Positions 58,210 to 64,000 of a stretch of DNA of 64,000 nucleotides are shown here, piece after piece. Below the pieces are notes generated by a model that was not told the DNA's origin, ran no database searches, and saw only the letters and a program-made list of their open reading frames with translations. The stretch is from Spirochaetia bacterium (GTDB lineage Bacteria > Spirochaetota > Spirochaetia > UBA9216), in assembly GCA_963675665.1 (NCBI GenBank), contig OY776510.1, positions 2,208,001-2,272,000 on the forward strand, given 5' to 3'. Position 1 is the stretch's first letter; the number at the start of each line of letters is the position of its first letter. The position numbers and the translations under genes were made by a program.

Positions 58210-60575
58210 TATCCCTCCGGTAAGGTTATGGTTTCGGCATCAAAAAAACCGCCCTCTGCCGCGCTCAGGTCAATTTCGACGCTTTGATCCGTTCCGTTCA
58301 GCTTCAGGATGTAAATATCATTAAGAAGGTTATATGCTTCAAAATATCCGTTGTCGTCTGTAAAAAAGTCTACCCTTTCTGATGTATTTTTTCCAGTCAA
58401 ACTGCCGAGTACAGTATCGACGGGAAACCCGTCGCTGTCTTTTATAAAACCGCCGGCGAAAACTCTGATCTCGGCATGAGGCGTCACCACGAAAGCGGAC
58501 TTGTATGACGGGTATGCAAGGTACTTCATTCCGGCGGCATCCATACCCAGCGGGAGTTCTTCAGGTTCGATATAAACTTTACAGGTTTTAAAAGAATGGA
58601 TATTTGACATGATTCCCGGTTTGCCTTTAATTTCCAGATCGCTTTCGCTTAATGATGGGTTAACCTTAAGTGTCTGTTCCATAAACTGCTCTCCCGGAGC
58701 AATAATAATAAATGAATCCGTGACGGCTTTTGTAAGAAGAAAATTACCTTCGGCATATGCAATTCCGCTGTTTGCCCTGAGATAGGTTGAATTATTGGTT
58801 GCACCGGTATTAATTATTGCGTCAAAGTCATGTCCGCAGTCCAAACTGAACAGAGAATGATTGTATCCGCCGCTGAATCCGAGCGAGAGCTTTTCATCAA
58901 GACTCATTGGGAGTTCTGTGGATGCATTCAGTGAAAAATCGTTATCATCCGAACTGTAACGGTTCCAGAATGCGGACAGTTTTTGGGTTTCCAGGTTTTC
59001 AATAATATAAATGTTCTGTTTCTGATCGGGAAAAGACGAGGAGTAACTTATTGTAGCGGAAAAAGAGAGTTCCCTGTCATAGTCTACGCCGATATTGGCC
59101 GACAGCGCGCTTCCTCCTCGGATGCTTTTTTTAAGTATTACCTTTGCCCTGATTAAATTCCTGCTTTCGTCAAATTTCCAGCCCCAGGATGCTTCCGGGG
59201 TAAAACTGAAGCCGTCGCCGAAATAGAAATTATAGTACCCTTCTACCGACAGTAAAGACGGCGGTAACTCAGCGTTCGTTATTGAGTTGTAAGTGTAGGC
59301 GATGCTCCCGCCGAAATTCAGGTAACTGTTCTGCCCCGGTTTCAGCATCTGGTAACTGAGGCTTGCGTCTATTTTTTGCCCGCCGCTGAAGGACATCCCC
59401 CAGATCGGGACCAGGTTGAAGTTGCCTATACCGGTTGAAAGCAGAAAATCAGGATGGATTGCAAGCTCCAGCGTGTCGATATCGAAAGATTCGGTTATTC
59501 CGAAAGTAAACCTGTCGGTTATTCCTAAATACTGGTATGATGAAAAAGTCGGCAGAATAATTTGCCTGTCCGGCAGACCCGCGGCAATTCCAAGGTCAGT
59601 CTCGCCTGCGTCCAGCAGGCTGCTGTCGTAAGGAATAACAATATCTTCTTCATGAGCGCCTTCGCTGTCTTCCCATCTGATGGAAATCCTGTTGATTCCG
59701 CGGGATAAAGGGAAATCCTGGAAAATGTAATTACCGCTCGGATAATCCTTCTCCCTGATTTTACGGTCGTTCATATAGATTTCAACCTTTGAAGGTTCGC
59801 GAATAAATATTTCTCTGGCGTATAGCTGGCGGGCATCCGTGTCTGCAGCAAGCACCTGATTTTTTCTGAATGAGGCTCCGAGAAGCTTTGATGCGCCTGA
59901 AAGATCGGTTACCGGCAGTGTCAAATCTCCGACTTCAAGGCGGTACCCGGCTGATTTGAAATCTTTTACCAGACGGGCATAGTCCCAGAACAGCAGATCC
60001 CCGTTGGTTCTGATGCCGCCGCGGGCTTCTATAACCCAGTTGAAAATGTTTAGTCCGATTTCCGGTGTTGCCGAGAAATCATAAGAAAGCGTTTCGTATG
60101 TGAATTTATTCCAGAGATTCAGATTCATGAAGGCGCTGAAATCCGACTGTTCAACGTACTCTCCGGCAGGTTCTTTTGTGCTGCCCCTGAAAGAGACTAC
60201 AGTTTCCCTTTGAAGATGTGCCGGAATGGTAATGTGCATTGTAAGGTCTTCAAATTTAAAGAGTATTCGAACACCCAAACCTCCCATTTCGGTAAGATTC
60301 AGCCAGCCACTTTCCGGAAATATCTTTACGGCGGTCTCAATGGCTTCATCAGACATCAGATCCTGCAGATATGATATAAGTTCCGAAGGACGTATCTGAA
60401 CCGACTCATCGGACAGAATCGTGACGCCTATTTCTCCTGAATATATTTCATCGATAAAAAGAGGGATTGGGAGAGAGTCGGCTTCCTGGGTAAAGGCCGG
60501 AACCGGAAAACATAAAAACACCAGCAGCAGAACAGTAATCGGGGGTATGAATATGTATTTCCGGGCATGAGTCAT
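58209..60575 (-). CDS. Fimbrial outer-membrane usher-like protein
   Basis: 788 aa with a signal peptide. It has YARLVKD...LEVGD, LLGASF, PSKVEIYMN...GNY...DFPLSRGINRISI, DSFIII, and a C-terminal FFTDDNGYF. Confidence 0.75.
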   Translation of the reverse strand: MTHARKYIFIPPITVLLLVFLCFPVPAFTQEADSLPIPLFIDEIYSGEIGVTILSDESVQIRPSELISYLQDLMSDEAIETAVKIFPESGWLNLTEMGGLGVRILFKFEDLTMHITIPAHLQRETVVSFRGSTKEPAGEYVEQSDFSAFMNLNLWNKFTYETLSYDFSATPEIGLNIFNWVIEARGGIRTNGDLLFWDYARLVKDFKSAGYRLEVGDLTLPVTDLSGASKLLGASFRKNQVLAADTDARQLYAREIFIREPSKVEIYMNDRKIREKDYPSGNYIFQDFPLSRGINRISIRWEDSEGAHEEDIVIPYDSSLLDAGETDLGIAAGLPDRQIILPTFSSYQYLGITDRFTFGITESFDIDTLELAIHPDFLLSTGIGNFNLVPIWGMSFSGGQKIDASLSYQMLKPGQNSYLNFGGSIAYTYNSITNAELPPSLLSVEGYYNFYFGDGFSFTPEASWGWKFDESRNLIRAKVILKKSIRGGSALSANIGVDYDRELSFSATISYSSSFPDQKQNIYIIENLETQKLSAFWNRYSSDDNDFSLNASTELPMSLDEKLSLGFSGGYNHSLFSLDCGHDFDAIINTGATNNSTYLRANSGIAYAEGNFLLTKAVTDSFIIIAPGEQFMEQTLKVNPSLSESDLEIKGKPGIMSNIHSFKTCKVYIEPEELPLGMDAAGMKYLAYPSYKSAFVVTPHAEIRVFAGGFIKDSDGFPVDTVLGSLTGKNTSERVDFFTDDNGYFEAYNLLNDIYILKLNGTDQSVEIDLSAAEGGFFDAETITLPEG

Positions 60576-60580
60576 TCACG

Positions 60581-61423
60581 TTATTTCGCAGAAGCCTGTT
60601 TAATGCTGCCGTATATCGGGCCGTCTTCCCATACCTCCCCGGGCAGGGGGATTCTGAAAATACGGACTGATCCTGCAAGCATATTCTCTCCTGCGACTCC
60701 CTTAAGGTTGTTATCTGTTAATATTATCGGTTGAGGGTCATTTTCATCGCGTTTTAATTTAAGTTCAATTTTGTTCAGCAGGGTATGCCTGTTTCCGGTA
60801 TTTTCTATCTCGAAAAGAAGATATTCTGTTTTTTTCTCAGTTTCAACGAGTTTCTCAACCTGTTTTTCAACTTCCTGATCTCCTTCCGTTACTATTACTG
60901 TTTCAAAAACTGTTTCGGTTACAACCTCTGTCTCAATATCGCGCTTTATGGATTTTACAGACAGTTTGGGTTTTGCCCCGGGCGGCACGATGTATATATT
61001 GCCCTCGTAGCGGTAGGTCAGCGTGATCTGCCCTCCTTCGATGGGCTGTATTTCGTTGAAAGAGACCGGCACCTGTTCGGCGATGACCCTGAACGGAAGC
61101 TCTGAGGACAGCTCTGCATCCCCGGTCCATTTTACCCGGACACTGCGGCTTTCGCCCGGATCCAGAATGCTTTGTCTCGGGTAGATTATAAAAAACCCTG
61201 ATTCGTCGCCCTGAATCTCGGTGCCGTCGGGTTCAATCGAACGCGGTCTGACTGATACTTTTACCGCTATTTTTTCGTCGCCGGTATTTGATATTCTGAA
61301 GATATGATTGGCGCCTTTTCCCGTCGGGGTATAATCCTGCGTAATCGGCTCGAAATTAAACGCCTGCGCGACCGTCGCGCAGGTAATAATCAATGAGAAT
61401 AATATACTGATTTTCTTCAGCAT
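60581..61423 (-). CDS. Periplasmic pilus chaperone (PapD/CsuC-like)
   Basis: F.P, SNTGD, FIIYPRQSILDPGESRSVRV, ELPFRVIAEQVP, IYIVP, ENTGNRH and NMLAGSVR. Confidence 0.8.
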   Translation of the reverse strand: MLKKISILFSLIITCATVAQAFNFEPITQDYTPTGKGANHIFRISNTGDEKIAVKVSVRPRSIEPDGTEIQGDESGFFIIYPRQSILDPGESRSVRVKWTGDAELSSELPFRVIAEQVPVSFNEIQPIEGGQITLTYRYEGNIYIVPPGAKPKLSVKSIKRDIETEVVTETVFETVIVTEGDQEVEKQVEKLVETEKKTEYLLFEIENTGNRHTLLNKIELKLKRDENDPQPIILTDNNLKGVAGENMLAGSVRIFRIPLPGEVWEDGPIYGSIKQASAK

Positions 61424-61426
61424 TTT

Positions 61427-61936
61427 TTATTTTGCCCTTAACACCAGTGTAAGTTGATCGGAGTAATAACCGGCTGCGTATGCCGTAGACTGGTTGTAAA
61501 TCATATCAAGATCTCCCGAGGCGTCTCCGGTTGTGTTGGTTTCTTCTGCATAGCTTACTCCAGCTGTTGACGGCGCAACATCCGTACCAAGAGTGGTCGA
61601 ATCCGGAGATGCATAGAGCAGGGTGTAGGCAATTGTATCGCCGTCTGCATTAGTCATAACGCCGTCATTTGCCGAATAGATATACAGATCCCAGCCTGCC
61701 GAAGCATTAGAAGCTATTACAATGCTGGCCAAATTTTCAGTATGATCGTTTGCGTCCGCAGTGTTGAGCGCAAGGTTGTCAATACCGATCTCGGCTGTAA
61801 CCGTCAAATTCAGTACCAGCGGAACAGTGCCGCCGATGTTAAGTGTATCGCCGTTAGCCGCGAATGCAGTTCCTGCAACAAGTATAAGAACCAGAAAAAT
61901 TATCAACTTTTTTAACAGATTTGCTTTGAAGTTCAT
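61427..61936 (-). CDS. Major pilin subunit (Csu/SCPU-like)
   Basis: Signal peptide ending AFA, N-terminal donor-strand-like TLNIGGTV and C-terminal AGYYSDQLTLVL; strong GGAGG SD. Confidence 0.7.
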   Translation of the reverse strand: MNFKANLLKKLIIFLVLILVAGTAFAANGDTLNIGGTVPLVLNLTVTAEIGIDNLALNTADANDHTENLASIVIASNASAGWDLYIYSANDGVMTNADGDTIAYTLLYASPDSTTLGTDVAPSTAGVSYAEETNTTGDASGDLDMIYNQSTAYAAGYYSDQLTLVLRAK

Positions 61937-62118
61937 ATTATGCCTCCGTTATATAGTGGTTCCCAGTTTTTACCCATATAGATAATACAAAGTTTAATGT
62001 TTTTAAATTGGAAAATCAAACACAATAAAAAAAATGTTGCTTTATACGGGGAAAAGAGCTGAAATTTTGTTAATTTCCGGTGAAGAAAGCAATTAACCCG
62101 AGCCGATAAGTATAACAT

Positions 62119-62841
62119 ATGGATTTTAGTTTTTCGCCTGCCCTTGTCATAATGAATATCGCCTATGTGCTTAACCTGATTGGGCTGGCAGTTAAAAATA
62201 TTCTTATCCTCCGTATTCTGTTAATCAGCGGACAGATAATTCTTATATATACAGGCTATGTACGCGGAAACTGGATTGTAATGTTCTGGAATACGATTTT
62301 TCTGATTATCAACCTGTTGCGGACCATTATGCTTCTGATAGAAATGCGCCCCGTTAAGGTCCCCGAGGAGCTTGACGACATTTACCGTGAAAACTTCATT
62401 TACATGACCGAACGTGAATTCCTGAGGTTCTGGAAAACCGGAGAAAAGAAAACAGTTGAGGATGATTATGTTATAAAAGCCGGCGAGACGCCGGATTCCG
62501 TGTTCATAATAGTTAACGGGCGCGCTGTTGTCCGTAACAGGGCGGTAACCGTTGCGGTCATCGGACGGGGCGGTTTTATCGGGGAAATGAGCTATGTTTC
62601 CGACCGTCCGCCTTCTGCCGATGTGATAGCCGACTCCGAACTCGTTCTGTGGTGCTGGAAAAGGTCAGATATGAACAGGCTTAAAATCCGTGAACACAGC
62701 CTTTGGGTTAAGGTGCAGCAGGCCCTGGGGCATGATCTTGTAACAAAAGTTAACAAGATGAGCGATAAAAAAAATGATAAACCGGGCGGACTGCTTGCCA
62801 GGGCGTCAAGGTTTACAGATTCAACCCGCGGCAGTATCTAA
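62119..62841 (+). CDS. Popeye-like membrane protein with a cyclic-nucleotide-binding domain
   Basis: Three N-terminal TM segments (LRIL, WNTIF..IN), then IVNGRAVV, GGFIGEMSY and SADV. Confidence 0.75.
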   Translation: MDFSFSPALVIMNIAYVLNLIGLAVKNILILRILLISGQIILIYTGYVRGNWIVMFWNTIFLIINLLRTIMLLIEMRPVKVPEELDDIYRENFIYMTEREFLRFWKTGEKKTVEDDYVIKAGETPDSVFIIVNGRAVVRNRAVTVAVIGRGGFIGEMSYVSDRPPSADVIADSELVLWCWKRSDMNRLKIREHSLWVKVQQALGHDLVTKVNKMSDKKNDKPGGLLARASRFTDSTRGSI

Positions 62842-62907
62842 AAAGGCCGCCGAAACCATTCCGGCAGCCTGAACCTGCTTTAAGTATTGTAATCCTCTTA
62901 ATTGAAC

Positions 62908-63999
62908 TTACCTGTAAACCGGTCCTAATGCCTTACAGGCGCGGTAATCGGCGCCTTCCCGGTCCATTCCGAAAGCATTCCATGTGCTGGGTCTGAAGAT
63001 CTTTTCATCGGCTACATTATGCATGCATACGGGTATTCTCAGAATTGAAGCCAGCGTAATCAGGTCGGCTCCGATATGCCCGTAGCTTACGGCGCCGTGG
63101 TTGGCACCCCAGGCGGCCATAACCGAGTACGTGTCCTTAAACGGCCCGTCTTTGCCGTCTACTACCGGTGCAAACCATGTTGTAGGCCAGGTAGGGTCGG
63201 TTCGTTTATCAAGCTGATCATGGACCTGTTCGGGTATTTCCACTGTATATCCTTCTGCAATCTGGAGGACAGGTCCGAGCCCGTCCACAAGGTTAAGCCG
63301 GGTCATTGTGCACGGCATTCCGCCTTTTGTCAGGAAGTCGGTGGACCATCCGCCGCCGCGGAAGTATTCGGTAGAGGCAGGTCTGAATTCAGTCGCTTTC
63401 AGGCATTTCGATACTTCGTCTGTTTTTATGTCCCAGAAGGGTTTCATTACAGGTTTGCCTTCGCTGTCTGTCTGTTGTCCTGTGCCGTCGAGACAGGTTG
63501 AGCCAGAATTGATTAGGTGTATAAGCCCGTCCTTTGCAAGGCCGTCAGGTTTCCATCCTGTTACCCGTTCGATTGCCTCGGGGCTCCAGTATGTTCTGAC
63601 GTCGCTGAAAATTTGTGCCGTATCGGTAAGCAGGTGGCCGAACATCATTGATACGCCGTTTAGAGCGTCGTTTTCTGTTGCGCAAAGGTAGGGTTCACGG
63701 ATTCCGTTCCAGTCGAAAGATGTATTAAGCATGGTTTCCATAAAATCGCCGTTGCATTTGAAGTCGGTCCATTGGCGCTGTCCCTGGAACCCGGAGAGCA
63801 GGGCGTTTCGTCCCAGAGCTTCTTCTCCGAAACCGAGTTCAGCAAGCCTGGGATTGCCGACCATCATGTCACGCGCTATCATGGTCATCCTGACGGCTGT
63901 TTCCCAGTCGTCATTCTTCTGTTCTTTTGTGCGCTGTACATCAGGTCTGTTGTTGTCGGGACCTTCCTTGCAGTTTGCCTTTGTCCATTTAAGGGCTTT
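62908..63999 (-). CDS. fucI: L-fucose isomerase, 5'-truncated by the window edge
   Basis: [44 protein letters not shown] and WGANHG; the frame is open to the window end. Confidence 0.95.
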   Translation of the reverse strand, partial: KALKWTKANCKEGPDNNRPDVQRTKEQKNDDWETAVRMTMIARDMMVGNPRLAELGFGEEALGRNALLSGFQGQRQWTDFKCNGDFMETMLNTSFDWNGIREPYLCATENDALNGVSMMFGHLLTDTAQIFSDVRTYWSPEAIERVTGWKPDGLAKDGLIHLINSGSTCLDGTGQQTDSEGKPVMKPFWDIKTDEVSKCLKATEFRPASTEYFRGGGWSTDFLTKGGMPCTMTRLNLVDGLGPVLQIAEGYTVEIPEQVHDQLDKRTDPTWPTTWFAPVVDGKDGPFKDTYSVMAAWGANHGAVSYGHIGADLITLASILRIPVCMHNVADEKIFRPSTWNAFGMDREGADYRACKALGPVYR

Positions 64000-64000
64000 T

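Noticed and set aside
1-64000. CRISPR arrays, tRNA/rRNA, transposases, integrases, prophage and defence genes
   Set aside because: I saw no regularly spaced direct repeats, RNA gene signatures or matching protein motifs. Small RNAs could be missed by eye.

Overview
A 64 kb chromosomal window from a bacterium that looks like a free-living anaerobic spirochaete. This is an inference from the AGGQQE-type binding-protein N-terminus, several orphan HisKA_2 kinases, a soluble MCP and the gene content. I saw no rRNA, tRNA, CRISPR, integrase or transposase. In order, the window holds: the end of a sugar ABC locus; a ROK regulator; a DUF169/beta-propeller/SDR/sugar-binding-protein operon; GntR; a ferredoxin-nitroreductase; an acetoin-dehydrogenase-like E1a/E1b/E2/E3 complex with a SorC regulator; an AT-rich island (regulator, ATC-hydrolase family, M20 amidohydrolase, cysteine desulfidase, BenE-like transporter); surface proteins with S41 and C39-like peptidases; a Re-citrate-synthase-like enzyme with a Cache-like tail; four HisKA_2 kinases; two MATE pumps; cinA; XdhC and MocA-HD; a DUF1893-degenerate ABC fusion; etfB-etfA-acd; an operon of soluble MCP, two V4R proteins, cysteine desulfurase and a small protein; an amino-acid two-component system with DAACS transporter, racemase and a broken dehydratase; an archaic-type chaperone-usher pilus operon; a Popeye-like cNMP protein; and the 3' part of fucI. 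The best leads are: (1) the MCP/V4R/desulfurase operon; (2) a possible thiazoline-to-cysteine-to-sulfide catabolic island; (3) a family of multi-hairpin intergenic elements whose structure and loop motifs are conserved while the stems differ; (4) a chaperone-usher pilus in a probable spirochaete; (5) a decayed copy of the GntR 3' end at 459-551; and (6) many genes that look leaderless. All family calls come from motif recognition by eye, not database searches.
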